Shown here one piece after another: positions 12,653 through 24,890 of a stretch of DNA of 64,000 bases. The DNA comes from Oopsacas minuta (taxonomy: Eukaryota > Animalia > Porifera): the NCBI GenBank assembly GCA_024704765.1, contig JAKMXF010000222.1, forward strand, positions 1,054,001 through 1,118,000, written 5' to 3'. The first letter of the stretch is position 1. Each line of letters opens with the position of its first letter. The notes under the pieces were generated by a model. It was not told the DNA's origin. It did no database searches and saw only the letters and a list, made by a program, of their open reading frames with translations. Both the position numbers and the translations under genes were made by a program.

Positions 12653-14025
12653 CAGTGCGTTCGGAAATTATTGGCAGTAAATACTATTTTCATTATCCTT
12701 TACAAATATTCTAAAAACATCTTTATTTCGACGTCTAAGTTATAGCACCAATTAATATACTCGAAATATAATGTATAGATCCACTGACATTCTAATTTTC
12801 TTCCTTATCTATCCCAAACAATCTTTGACATTAAATATGTGCTTATTATTTTTGTTCACACATTTTAGACCCATATTTTCCGACTTTCATTAACAAAATT
12901 ATTCCACAATTTTGGTATGAAGGCTCAGGAAAAGAATAGAATCAGAATAAAGGAACTCTTTGATGCTGGGATAACAAAAGCGACTGAAATATCAAGACGA
13001 CTAGCTATACCAGAGCGGACAGTATATCGTGTTTTGAAGTCTATTTCTGACAAAAAGAGCTTGACTCATAAGAAAGGAGCAGGTCGACCTAAAATATTGC
13101 ACAAGTCTGATATGAATAGGATTATGGCACTCGTTCAACACAATCCAAGGATCACTCTGAATGAATGCCGAGAAAAATTGAGTACTCCAGTTTCCAAAAG
13201 CACACTATCGGAGGAAATGAAGAGGAGAGGTTTACAATATCGGCAGGCAGTAAGAATCCCAGCCTTGTCACAACTCCATATTACTAAATGAATAGAATGA
13301 TGTAAACGAATGAGGGGTCAGAACTGGTCTAAAGTGTTCTTTACTGATGAATCCTCTATATGGATGAATTCAGGAAAGATATATGTATGGACAAAGAAAG
13401 GACAGCCCATTAATCTGCCAACTTTCAAACATCCAGCGAAGCTACATATTTGGGGTGGTATTTCGGTAATGTGCAAAACAAACCTCAAAGTTTTTACCAA
13501 AAACTTCAACCAGGAACGATACAAAACAGTTCTAAATGAGTGTCTTATACAAGAACCTAATGCTTTATACAGAAATAAATGGGCATTACAGGAAGATAAC
13601 AGTCCTATACATACAGGAAATGCAGCAAAGGCTTGGAAACAGGAATTTGTCCCACATCAGATCGACTGGCCCTCCAATAGCCCCGATCTGAACCCAATTG
13701 AAAATCTTTGGGCTGTACTAAAGAAGAGACTCCTCAAAAAGAGATTTAATAGCTCTAATGAGTTGAAAGAAGCTATTTTGGAGATATGGAACACATTTGA
13801 CCCTGAATTTTTAAAGCCATTTTGTCTATCAATGGACAAAAGAATTCGGTTATGCATCAAAGGTGGAGGTTAGAAGATAAATTATTAGCTATATGTTAAT
13901 TACTCATGTATATTCTATTTGAGAGAGTATCGAGTTGTTAGAAATCATATGATTTTGATCATTCTTAACATAGATATTGAATGGAACCAAATCAAATTCA
14001 CTGCCAATAATTTCCGAACGTACTG
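12653..14025 (+). mobile_element. Tc1 element (DD34E), transposase pseudogene 12917..13888
   Basis: 25-bp TIR CAGT(G/A)CGTTCGGAAATTATTGGCAG with TA on both sides; FTDES, QEDNSPIH, SPDLNPIENLW with 34-residue spacing; three in-frame stops and no frameshift. Confidence 0.95.
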
Positions 14026-14499
14026 TATCATTAGTTGTCATTATACATGTTTCATTGTATAGATAAGAATAGGAAATATATTTCTCAATTTCAGTATTTT
14101 TTGCTTTCATTATCGTTTGTTGTAGCAATATTAGAATTAGAACCAAGAGAAGAGATATAATACGTTGCTTTGCACGATATAGAACAGTCATGCTCTATAT
14201 TCTTATCAGATAGCCAAGTATTGTACAAGGTAATGTAAATAATTAAACTTGGCTAATGGAAATTATATTTTCACAAATAATATTTTCTAATATTCACAAT
14301 AATGGTACTGGCAACCCCTGTTTTTTTGACGGAACTTGAATGATATAATATATAGGAAGGAGCCTGTAAAGTTCCAGGCGATTCTGGGAATGAAATATTT
14401 TTGAGAGTCTAAATTGAAATTTAGGAAATACAATGAAACACGAGAATTATGCCATTTTTTAGAACCCCATTGTGGCTGTATCTTTCGTAATTTCATGAT

Positions 14500-14730
14500 T
14501 ATAGAGGTATTATGGTAAACGTCCATGTCTGAGCTATCAACTCTTATCAACATACAACAGTTAGAGTTCGATTTTGGACATCAAATATCAATTTGAACTG
14601 ACCCTACTTTGTAAAATGATACTCACCTCCCTCCACTATAACTCTCACTTCAACTTTGTATACTTGTATCTCCTCGAGTTTATAGAATTTTAGGATGACA
14701 TTTAATATACCTAAATGTCCACGTGTCACA
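14500..14730 (-). repeat. Right arm of long inverted repeat (pairs with 5475..5705)
   Basis: Contains ATCAAATATCAATTTGAACTGACCCTACTTTGTAAAATGATAC...GTCCACGTGTCACA, the reverse complement of the left arm. Confidence 0.85.
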
Positions 14731-15443
14731 ATTTGCAAGTAAGCACTCAGAAGATGTCATTTCGTCTTGGAAATAGTTTGCATAGATTATTTGTATTGTG
14801 ATGCATAAATAATTCATATATTTATTCTGTCTAAAAGATACTATTGATTATTGTCACTACGAATAATTATCCCTATGTTGATCATGACAAAAAGGTGTAA
14901 AACCGTAAGGAATTAAGAACGACAAACGTTTTAAGTGCGACAATATGAGCAACGAAATCCCCACAGGTCACTTCATATTCAACAAAATATATGTAATATG
15001 AATAGAACTATCGGTTATCAAAATACGAACTATACACACCAGCCTAGCCTGGTCTAGTGGCTACATGGGTTGACAATCCAGGTAGTTTGAAGTCCATGAC
15101 TTAACAAAGTGCAAACAATATTCAAAATTAAGAAATAGAGAGAGTTTAATTGAATGATAATAGTCAACTCAAACTTGAATTATACAGGAATAGGGAAATG
15201 TTGTAAAAGTGTGAACATTAGGGTTTTGGGAAAGTACCAGAGGGGTCCGCCATTATTGTGGCCTCGGGGTCCGCATAATCTTCTGTCGCCCTGAGTTTAA
15301 TTCAAAATATATTGCACCTTCTCATGAAATTTGGGAAACATTCTATAGTATATCGATTATACTAGTTTGAATATCTTCAAGATTGATATCCTGTGGGGAA
15401 ATATTCAAATAACATTTTGGATATATATTGGAGTAGCACTTTA

Positions 15444-16048
15444 GGATCTGTATATTTTGATCGAATTTTATGCAGAACTTTGATCAAATTTTCTTATGTC
15501 GAACTTTGATCAAATGATGAAAAGGCAAAATTTGATCAAAGTTCTACTAAAATGTCTCCAGTCGAACTTTGATCGAAAATGGAGAAAATACAACAAAAAA
15601 TCCAACGATACGCCATTTTACAAAGATTAATAATAATCAATCCAAGAACTCCATCCAATCATAAAATTAGCATAAATTCCACACTCCCATCCTTTAGTAG
15701 CTAATAACGAACACAAATAAATACTCCCAGAGCCATAAGGTAGCGAAATAAATCCCTAATCCCCTCCCAATGGTACTCTTTCTAACTAATAAAATATAAC
15801 ATTAGTGTGGAATTTATGCTAATTTTATGATTGGATGGAGTTTTGTGGATTGATTATTATTAATCTTTATAAAATGGCGTGTCGCTGGATTTTTTTGTTG
15901 TATTTTCTCCATTTTCGATCAAACTTCGGCTGGAGACATTTTAGTAGAACTTTGATCAAAATTTGCCTTTTTCATCATTCGATTAAAGTTCGACATAAGA
16001 AAATTTGATCAAAGTTCTACTTAAAATTCGATTAAAATATACATATGC
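15444..16048. mobile_element. Foldback/MULE-type MITE with ~250-bp arms and internal TTTGATCAAA subrepeats
   Basis: 15444..~15690 is the reverse complement of ~15803..16048; flanking direct repeat GCACTTTA(G), 8-9 bp, at 15436 and 16049. Confidence 0.9.
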
Positions 16049-16183
16049 GCACTTTAGCAGGAATGTAAAATTTTAGTCAAGCATTGCTCACAAGTCAAAC
16101 TCTATATTATAGTATTAGAAATCGACATTCATTAGTGCATCGAAGTCCTCACATAGCGTACCGACTCTTCCTGCCTTGAATAC

Positions 16184-18107
16184 CACATATTCCCAAACAA
16201 ATCAGAGTCAGAATGTCAAAATTGGAATCTACATAATTCATGACTAACGGTGGAAACGAAATCTCTAGCACTTTGTTATATACTACATTAAACTCGCTTA
16301 ATCGGGACACATACAGTCTGTCAAGATGAAATTGAGACTTTTGTGTAATTCTGTATATTTTCAGAATTTTTTCATTTGCTATGGTTGGATATGAAACGCA
16401 TTTGCTTCCTGATTCATTTATACATGTATATCAAGTTACTATTAGTGGATTCGTTCTAGGAAACGCGAACAACCTATCAGTCTGTCACTTAGCATACACA
16501 TTCCCGAAAATATCTCTTATAATTCCATACACAGCTCCAATATCAGTTTTAGGGTCATATTTATCTTTTAGTTTCGAAATACGTATCAGTATGGTGGTGT
16601 TAGAACGACGAGACCTCATCCGAAAATTATTCGAGCGGGTGTTACGTGGTGGCGAAATACATCAGCGAACAACTATCCCGCGGAGCACTGTTTCCGCATA
16701 TTAGCCAAACTTCGTCAGGGTGGTGATATACTACAGAGGAAATCAGGAACCAGAAAACAGAGAATATTACATGTGTACGATGCTAGAGCTCTTGTAAGCT
16801 TGGCAAATCAGAATCGCAAGATGTCCATATGAAAATTAGCCAGTAGATTCAACCATCTTCGTCGCGTTTCCGTTATCTGGACTCGCCATGATTAAGATTA
16901 CGTTGCCTATATAGCCTCGGATGAGGCCACAAGGTTCGATGTACCTTGCCTCGAGCGCTTTCGAAAACTATTTGTATGGAAGTTGAAGAATGAAAGTAAG
17001 ACGCTACTCAAATAATACGAACGATTCTCTTAAGTGGATCATCTGTGCATATCTAAAATGGTTTGCTTCCTTCTCAGGCCACAAAGTGGGTACACAAGAT
17101 ATCCTTGTTTTGTGTGTATGTGGGATAGTAGTGCGAAGAATTAACATTAGATCAGAAAGGAGTGGCGACAAAGAGAAAATTTAATTGTTGGTTGTGCTAA
17201 TATGATCAACGAAGCACTGGTAGAGCGAAAAGATTGTTTTTCCACCTTTGCATTTTAAACTCGGGTTAATTAAGCAATTCGTAAGAACTCTTACCAAGGA
17301 TGATGATTGTTTTAAATACCTTCGCTCACGATTCCACCGGCTGAGCGATGAAAAAGTCAAATCTGGTATCTTCAATGGGCCAGAGATCCGAAAATTGATG
17401 AAAGATCCTGAATTCACTGCTCATAAGTTGGATACTGAGTATGATGCAAGGCAAGCCTTTGTATCGTTTGTAAAAGGCTTCTTAGGAAATAGAAGAGACT
17501 ATAATTATGTGAATTTAATCAATCGTTTGCTCGAAAGCTTTCATAAGTTGGGATGTACTATGAGCATCAAAATTCATTTTTACATAGCCACTTGTATGAA
17601 TTCCCAACAAACCTTGGAGACGTATCTGATGAGCAGGGTGAACGGTCTCATCACGACATTCAAATGATGGAAAAGCGTTACCAAAGAAGGTATGACGCTA
17701 AAATGATGGACTACTGTTGGAGCCTGAAGCGAGATTATGTAGATATACATAACGCGAGAAAATCTCATAAAAGGAAGTTCTTGGAGTCATAATCTAGGTT
17801 CTTAAGAAAATTTATAGGATAACACAATGGTATATGTCCTTTCATATGTAGAAGTACGTAGTGAACAAGAAATATATTATTTAAGTATATTTTCACATGA
17901 AAATTTGAGGTTGGGAACATTTTATTTGATCATTAATATTAATGTTAAAATGTACTATTCAAAAACAAGTCTTGTTCTATACTATAAAATCCTGACGTGA
18001 TGGCCATAAATGGATGCGTTTTTCAAACTCAGCACGAAAAGTTGTATTAGAAAAATTGGATAACTTAGATTATGACTGAAAAAATATATTTATGTATTTA
18101 GCCTGTG
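16184..18107 (+). mobile_element. Chapaev3-like (CMC superfamily) transposon relic
   Basis: Motifs WIIC.YLKMVCFLL..QSGYT.YPCF.CMWDS, FPPLHFKLGLIKQFV, GIFNGPEIRKLM, MSIKIHFL.SHL..FP.NLGDVSDEQGERSHHDIQMMEKRYQ..MMDYCWSLKR over 17010..17792; candidate CAC...GTG ends. Family assignment is from memory of the motif set; boundaries are approximate. Confidence 0.6.
16590..16890 (+). pseudogene. Tc1-like N-terminal HTH fragment inside the Chapaev-like relic
   Basis: MVVLERRDLIRKLFERVLRGGEIHQRTTIPRSTVS, then after a frameshift ILAKLRQGGDILQRKSGTRK..DARALVSLANQNRKMSI; resembles a paired-like DNA-binding domain. Confidence 0.55.
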
Positions 18108-18172
18108 TATTATATTTGGGAGCGAATAATCAAGGATCTTTCCTATATCGTAAATGAAATCTACTGATTTCG

Positions 18173-18448
18173 GTGTTGAAATTTAGAGGTGGAGCCTGTT
18201 CGTGCTTGCAAGAGCACATTCGCCGACCAGCTAGACACATTACTGATATTTATGAGTTTTGGCAAAAGGCTGCAAACATGCCGGCAACAAAGAAACTAGC
18301 ATCAACCATATCGTGTATATTCGAAAACACTTTTATGTGCGAATCGGGACTTTCAATCATGAAAATTCTAAACACTAAGTATAGAAGTCCATTAACTTAT
18401 CTGTATACTCACCAGTTAATGAGAATTTCTTTATACACCGAACTTTGA
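18173..18448 (+). pseudogene. hAT (Buster/GTF2IRD2-like) C-terminal fragment
   Basis: FWQKAANMPATKKLASTISCIFENTFMCESGLSIMKILNTKYRSPLT matches F.STY.CES.FS.M...K.KYRS.LT. Confidence 0.7.
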
Positions 18449-18516
18449 AATTATAGCTAGATCATCAATCTGACACTTTTGTCACTAATAATTTAACCAA
18501 GTAGATTATAGTTATA

Positions 18517-20280
18517 CAGTGGAGTTCGCTTATTAGTAAGTCGGGTTTTGCACTAGAAAACTTGCTAATAAGCGAACTTGCTAATAGAGAACTCAATCAA
18601 TTTGATAAATACTATTGTTGTATATACACGTGCATAGGTGTATGTGATAGTATAATATGTATAGGGATATTGTAGTGCACTCACAAGAAAGCTTTCTACA
18701 TAATTCAAAAGTAACCGCATTTTCCTCAAAATTGAAGAATGTATATTAGGTTTACTATTATACTACAGAATAATCTCATTATCGCAAGTTCTTGCTAATA
18801 AACAAACTAAAAGTTCCCTTATTAAGTTATTAGCAAATAGTGTATTTATGAGAAAATTTGTTTATAGGCGAACTTGCTAATAAGGGAACATACAGGGTGG
18901 CTTTTAAGTGCTGACCCTTTATATATTTCATTGTACACATTGCTAGAATATTCTTACATAGATTTACTAATCGATATTTCAAAACACAAATTGGAACTAA
19001 TAATATTTGATTTAATTATTCAATGTACCCACCTTTCTTTGGGATTACTGCTCGTAGACGCTCTGGCACTGCCTCTACTGCGGCGCGCAGTGTTTCTTCT
19101 GGGATTCTAGCCCATTCACGAAGTAGATCCTTCTTTAAAGATCCAATATTAGTATGAACTTTTGCGCATGCATTTTTCTCCAATATCGCCCATATAGAGA
19201 AATCCATGGGTTTTAGATCCGGACTAAATGGTGGCCATTCTTCTTTAGCGATAAATCGGAAGTATTTTCTGAAAGCCAGGTCTGAGTGATACGAGCTGTA
19301 TAGGTTGGAGCCCCATCTTGTTAAAACCAGAATCGATTCTTGGTAAACATGCTAGCACCCAGGTCTTTCACTACAGGTTCTAAAATAGGATCCTTGTATT
19401 CTGTAGAGTTGATTTTTACTCCCTGGGGACAAATATCAGTAGTGTCCGTCCAAATCAGAGACCCCTCCCTAAATCATCAATGAATGCGGCTTTTGGATCC
19501 TCCGGACATAGCGAAGTTCTTCATTTATAGTGGAAGAAATAGAAGATAAGATCCTGTCGTTTTGAGAGTTACTGGCCACCTAAATTGTGAATAACTTTTC
19601 ATCCGAATACAGAAAATTATGATGGCCATGTTCTGCGATCCGACTAAGAAGCTTTTTGCTATGAAGTAATCGTTTTTGTCGAATCGCAGTTGAGAGATAG
19701 TGTACCTTTCTTCGTTTGTAAGAAGATAAACCCAGGGAACTTTTCACAATAGTATGAACTGATGTACGCGATATTTTGAGTTCAGATGACAGTTTTCTCA
19801 TTGATCGGCGTGGATTTCGCCGAATTCTGTCTCTGATTATTTTCTTCATCCTGGTTGTGGATACACTAATTGGACGTCCAATTCTACTTATGTCTTTGAC
19901 ACTACCAGTCTCAAGATAACGCTGGATAGTACTATCGACGAATTTCCTCCGCTTTTTCGGGATATTCAATGATCTCATAATGTCACATTGGCGCCTCAAA
20001 TTCACAAATAATTCAATTATAGCAGACCGTTGTCTTTCCATCTGAGCAGAGAAGGGATAGTGCAGAAATATCAGTCAGTTCTAAGTAATACTTTTGCTAG
20101 ACTACCTATATATACAACATATATGCATATCATAACCCAAGAAGGTATATTATGCTTGTTGTAAAACTGAAAATATAGGTGTCAGGACTTAAAAGCCACC
20201 CTGTAATTAATGCAATTTGGGCTATTGTGACCCTAAAGAAACTTGCTAACAAGGTAATTGCTGATATACGAACTCTACTA
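18517..20280. mobile_element. pogo/Tigger-like MITE (~450 bp) split by a maT insertion
   Basis: TA-CAGTGGAGTTCGCTTATTAG at 18517; degenerate right TIR CTGATATACGAACTCTACTA-TA ending 20280; internal ACTTGCTAATA repeats on both sides of the insertion. Confidence 0.75.
18893..20203 (-). mobile_element. maT-type element (DD37D), transposase pseudogene 19016..20041
   Basis: 23-bp TIR CAGGGTGGCTTTTAAGT(G/C)CTGAC, TA TSD; YSDEK, QDGAP, SPDLKPMDFSIW with 37 residues between D and D after frameshift repair. Confidence 0.92.
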
Positions 20281-20998
20281 TATATGTTTGTGTCCTAGAG
20301 CTACTGGATAATATTAATACATTTAATGTCAATGATGAAGATCATTTAGTACAGTTTACTTTAGTACGCATAATGTTTTAACCAAAATATTACTTCTTCT
20401 TACGAACGCAGTTAGTAGAATCAATCAAGTCAGGTAATTCATATTTGTCTATATTAAAGTCGACATCTCTGTTGCGTTCATAAATTAAATCGTAATAAAA
20501 CCTGATCTGTGATATGTAGGTTTTTCAAACCTGAGAACTTAAAAACGCTCAAGCTAAGTTTGGGAAAAAATACTTTGTCCTGTGGAATTTAACTCAAAGT
20601 AGTTTTAGGCCTTGTAAGAAATAATTGAGAAACTATGGCGTCTGAAAACCAGAACCCTAATTTGTATCCACATTATTGATTGGGAAAAACAGAAATCACA
20701 ATATTAACGTACTTGATCATGTGGCAGCAGAAATTTTGTAAAAATATTGAAGTATGGTGACCAGGGTTCCAACATCGATGGTTACCACACTTCCTAAGGT
20801 TCGTGAAGATTAGTTTCAGTGTTGATACCTGCAAAAAGTTCATTTTAATATCATCCTTTCAGGCTGGTTTAACAGTGGACACAATCTTCACGAACTTAGG
20901 AAGTATAATATGCATGGAATTCGGACACTGGTTACCACACTCAGACAAATAAATAGAAATTGGGAGTATGATTTTAAGAGATCTTATCTATCTACACC

Positions 20999-23290
20999 AC
21001 GAGTGTTATCTTAGCAGCCGATTCAAATCCCCACTAAAGTACCTTTTTCTCAAAATGTATGGGTTCTATTTTGAAAAGAACCATACCAGTGTCAAGAAGA
21101 AAGTTGGTACATTCCATATCATCACTCATAATCGCCAAATTTTGCATGATGAGTAAGCAATTTTGCATTACATTTTGGTTGAGGTTTTTTTTATTAATAT
21201 CTCCTGAAATAATTGTGATAATAACTTATCATTTTAATCATATTTACATCTCACTTGGTACATTGTGTATGTCCAATTTGAAGCCAAAATAATTATTTTT
21301 GAAAAAGTTATGAACGCCCGAACTTTACGCAGGAATTACATAGACGACTGGTTTTTGCTTGATGATTTGTATGCTTTGTAGCCATGTATTGATTACTTGA
21401 ATATTCTTAGTGTAAATTTACTTATGATGACTAAATTCCTGAGGTCAAATGTATTCCTTCTCAATTATTAGGACCAGTTATGTCAGTTTAGATTTTTGAA
21501 CTTAGTATTAAATTAAGAATGTACTATCAATCAACAAGCATTTGTAACACTGTAATTGATTTATTTAGTTTCTCACCACCTTAATACTTTTGATATTCCT
21601 CAACTTTATTTTATTTCAACTTCATTTCTTCCACAAATTTCTTCATACAAGTCCTACTAAATTTCATTTCAATTCAATCATGTGAGTATCTTTTTTAATT
21701 AATTTTGTAATGTTGCACAGTCAACTCCCGGTATATCGAACATGGATAATTAGAAATCCTCGCTATATCGAAGTCTGAGATTATACAAATATAGTCACAA
21801 ATCGTTAAAGAAACATAAATGTCATCGGTTATATTGAAATCCGCGTATATAGAAGTGATTATTGCGGTTCCTTGTTTCCGATATAAGGGGAGTTGACTGT
21901 AGTTATATGCAAATGTGTCAGAATTTATTATTAAAGCAACCTAATCATTGGTTTCAATTTATGGCAGCGAAAATTATATATTTACCAACAAGATTATTAG
22001 TGAAACTATAAATATTTTGTATAAATGAACCTTGAATATTTTGTGAGATCTCATCTAAATATGTAAATTGATTGCGACAAAAATCACAAATGTAAGTATA
22101 TACGTATATGTATCGACAGTTGGATTATATGGAACAATTTTATGACCTTTTCTCTAACCAAGATACGTTTAAAAGCTGGATTATATTACACAGGATTTGG
22201 AAACTAACACAACACCAAAATGTAAAGTTCTAGAAGATATATTCATAGTAAAGTAAACAATGAACATGAAAATCTATATTCTTATCCGTACAATTATCTT
22301 AATCAATCTAGGAATTATATCTCCAAATCTCTCTTACAAACATTTACTTTACAATTTGTACAAATTTGAATCAGAAAGAAGTTACTATCTATTTTTGGAG
22401 CATTCATTTGGAGACCCATGTCCTGGAGTTAACTCTCGATTCTCTTACCATTATGGCATTAATAATTACAAATCGAAGTGTTGATCATCACTTCAAATCT
22501 TATCTGGTCAAGACATTTGTTACTCTTCCTTACACGTATAGCTATAAATATTTTGCATAAATAGTACCACCTGTTTTAGGTTTAGCCTGTTCTAATAGAC
22601 AAGGGAAATTCAATCAGTATTTCTCATTAGTTCATCAATCAGTTCAATACAGAAAAGATAGACAGACAAACTATAATATCTGGTTAATTAGTATCTTGTA
22701 ATACTTTTCGATTTGTTTACTCTTTCTATTCAAAAGTAATGTTTTGTATAATGTATGATAACTGTCATTACAATGGTGTTGTGTATTTATTATATTTCAA
22801 ATATCTTTTGATTAATATCTAGAAACCACAATAGAGTTAGAACTATAAAATTGAAAATGATACTAAATCCTTATCAAAATTTACGTACACTGTAATGTCA
22901 TACATACTTCATTATTGATAGTACAAATTGGTCGTCTATGTAATTCCTATGTAAAGTTCGGACGTTCATAACTTTTTCAAAAATAATTATTTTAATTTCA
23001 AATTGGATATACACAATGTACCAAGTGAGATGTAGATATGATTAGAATGATAAATTATTATCACAATTATTTCAGGAGATATTAATAAAAAACCTCGACC
23101 AAATGTAATGCAAAAATTGCTTACTCATCATGCAAAATTTGGCGATTATGAGTGATGATATGAAATGTACCAACTTTCTTCTTGACACTGGTATGGTTCT
23201 TTTCAAAATAGAACCCATACATTTTGAGAAAAAGGTGTTTTAGTGGGGATTTGAATCGGCTGCTGAATCGGCTGCTAAGATAACACTCGT
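20999..23290. mobile_element. Non-autonomous MULE with ~350-bp TIRs and 9(-10)-bp TSD ATCTACACC
   Basis: 20999..21349 is nearly the exact reverse complement of 22931..23290 (ACGAGTGTTATCTTAGCAGCCG...GACGAC); ATCTACACC at 20990..20998 and 23291..23299; no transposase recognised inside. Confidence 0.92.
21718..21899. mobile_element. 182-bp pogo/Tigger-like MITE nested in the non-autonomous MULE
   Basis: CAGTCAACTCCCGGTATATCG ... CCGATATAAGGGGAGTTGACTG-TA. Confidence 0.85.
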
Positions 23291-23439
23291 ATCTACACCT
23301 TGGTCGAAATTTTAAAGCAATCGTATAATATTTGCTGAGGCAAGTGAGTTTGCATTTTCGTCTATTCATGGCCTACAAGGACGCTCAAAATTTTCAAAAA
23401 TGGCCCCAAGCTCCAGGACTGTGGCATCAACATATGTTG

Positions 23440-24890
23440 AGATATCAATGTATTCTAAACGGTTATACTACTGGTGAACCAATACTCCAAGTTCATGAAA
23501 TTGAATAGTCATATTCATAAAATTGAAGGCACTGATTACCATATTCCTTAGAGATAAATTCTGGACTGAGTCTGTTGACCAGATAATTCGAAGATCTAGA
23601 ATTCTGGTGAGTTTGACTGAGTAAAGGATCATAACCACAATTTCTAAGAGAATTGTGAGATAACTAATTACCCTTATTTATACAAACTTGACTGAGTAGC
23701 CACCTCAATTTCTATCAACTTGGCAGTGTGTGGTAACCAATGATCTAAATTCCATGGTTACCACACTCCGCAAGTTCGTGAAATTGTGTTTATTATTGAT
23801 ACCAGTCATAAAATGCAAATTAAGTGACAAATGTGTCAGTTAAGCAGTGATTATTTTCATGGGTAACTCCACTCAACAAAGTTCTTGGAAATTGGCGCTA
23901 CGCTTTCTGATTCAAATCGTCTATTTGTCGAGCTAGGTCTCAAATGAGTCAGGTTCAAAATTGACATCAGCGGTTACCAAATTCCATCAAGATAGGTTCT
24001 TGCAGGAGTGCCTAACCAGTGATCCTAATTTCAACTAATCGACGTAGTGATGTCACCAACTATATCACAGGTAGTTTCTCCAATTTCTACGAAAATACGA
24101 GTGAGTGCAACAGTTTTCTCAATTTACGTGAAAGAGTGTAATTACCCGTGACACTACTCATTACTACCCTACTGTCTGACGACCTTACTTACTATGAAAT
24201 TTTCGATTGTTATCATAAGTGACCCCAATTCTCAAGAACTATAGGCAGTGTGCTAACCAAGGAAGTTGGTATAATGGTTACCTCAATTAGTCAATTCAAT
24301 AAAATTATGGCTAGACCATGAACAATACATAAATATCGCGATTATTCTGTATCCAATGAATAGAGTAAGGTAGGCTTTAGGGTGCACGCGCCCTTACTCT
24401 GTAAAGTCCATAAAATTTGGATCCCAGGTTACCACAATTCTTCAAGTTAATAGAAATTGATGTCCCAACTCAGTCAGATTCATAGAAATTGGGGTCACTT
24501 GTTACGCCAATACGTGGAGTGGAGTCTTTATATAATTGTAGTAACTGGTTATCCAATTCCTTCATGCTCTTAGAAATTTTGCATCACCGGTTACCACAAT
24601 CCATCAAGATCTTGAAAGAATGTAATAACCAATTATCCCAATTACAACGAGCTTGATGTGGTGGTGTCACCAGTGGGTTCTCCAATTCATCAAAATACGG
24701 TGATTACAACAGTGTTCCCAATTTCCACAAACTGTAAGTATCCTGGACAACAGTGATCTGCATTTCTACGAGCTTGGCTCAAAGAAGTAAACAATGATCC
24801 AATTTGTACGAACTTGACTTACTGTTGTAACCAGTGACAACAATGTAAATGAACTTGACTGAGAGGAAAGGACATTATACATATTAAGTA
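23440..24890. repeat. Degenerate minisatellite-like tract (also 20740..20945)
   Basis: Recurrent GGTTACCAC / GTAACCAGTGA / CCAATT..ACGAGCTTG / AACTTGACTGA motifs in both orientations at irregular spacing; no ORF. Confidence 0.55.

Larger units (their letters stand above)
5475..14730 (-). mobile_element. Putative decayed NOF/FB-like MULE (~5 kb once nested insertions are removed) with long inverted repeats
   Basis: Inverted repeats of >=230 bp (5475..~5705 and ~14500..14730) bracket a minus-strand MULE-DDE + OTU pseudogene; nested mariner, hAT fragment, MITE and Tc1 account for ~4 kb. No TSD found. Confidence 0.55.

Noticed and set aside
13289-13873. Stop-codon reassignment suggested by in-frame TGA/TAG codons in Tc1, Kolobok and hAT ORFs
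   Set aside because: Single-base nonsense changes (e.g. CGA, TGG or CAG to stop) explain them, and the 1553-aa Nup98 ORF reads normally under the standard code.
15040-15100. tRNA-like segment (TGGTCTAGTGG A-box, weak B-box)
   Set aside because: No complete cloverleaf or anticodon arm; at most a degenerate SINE head.
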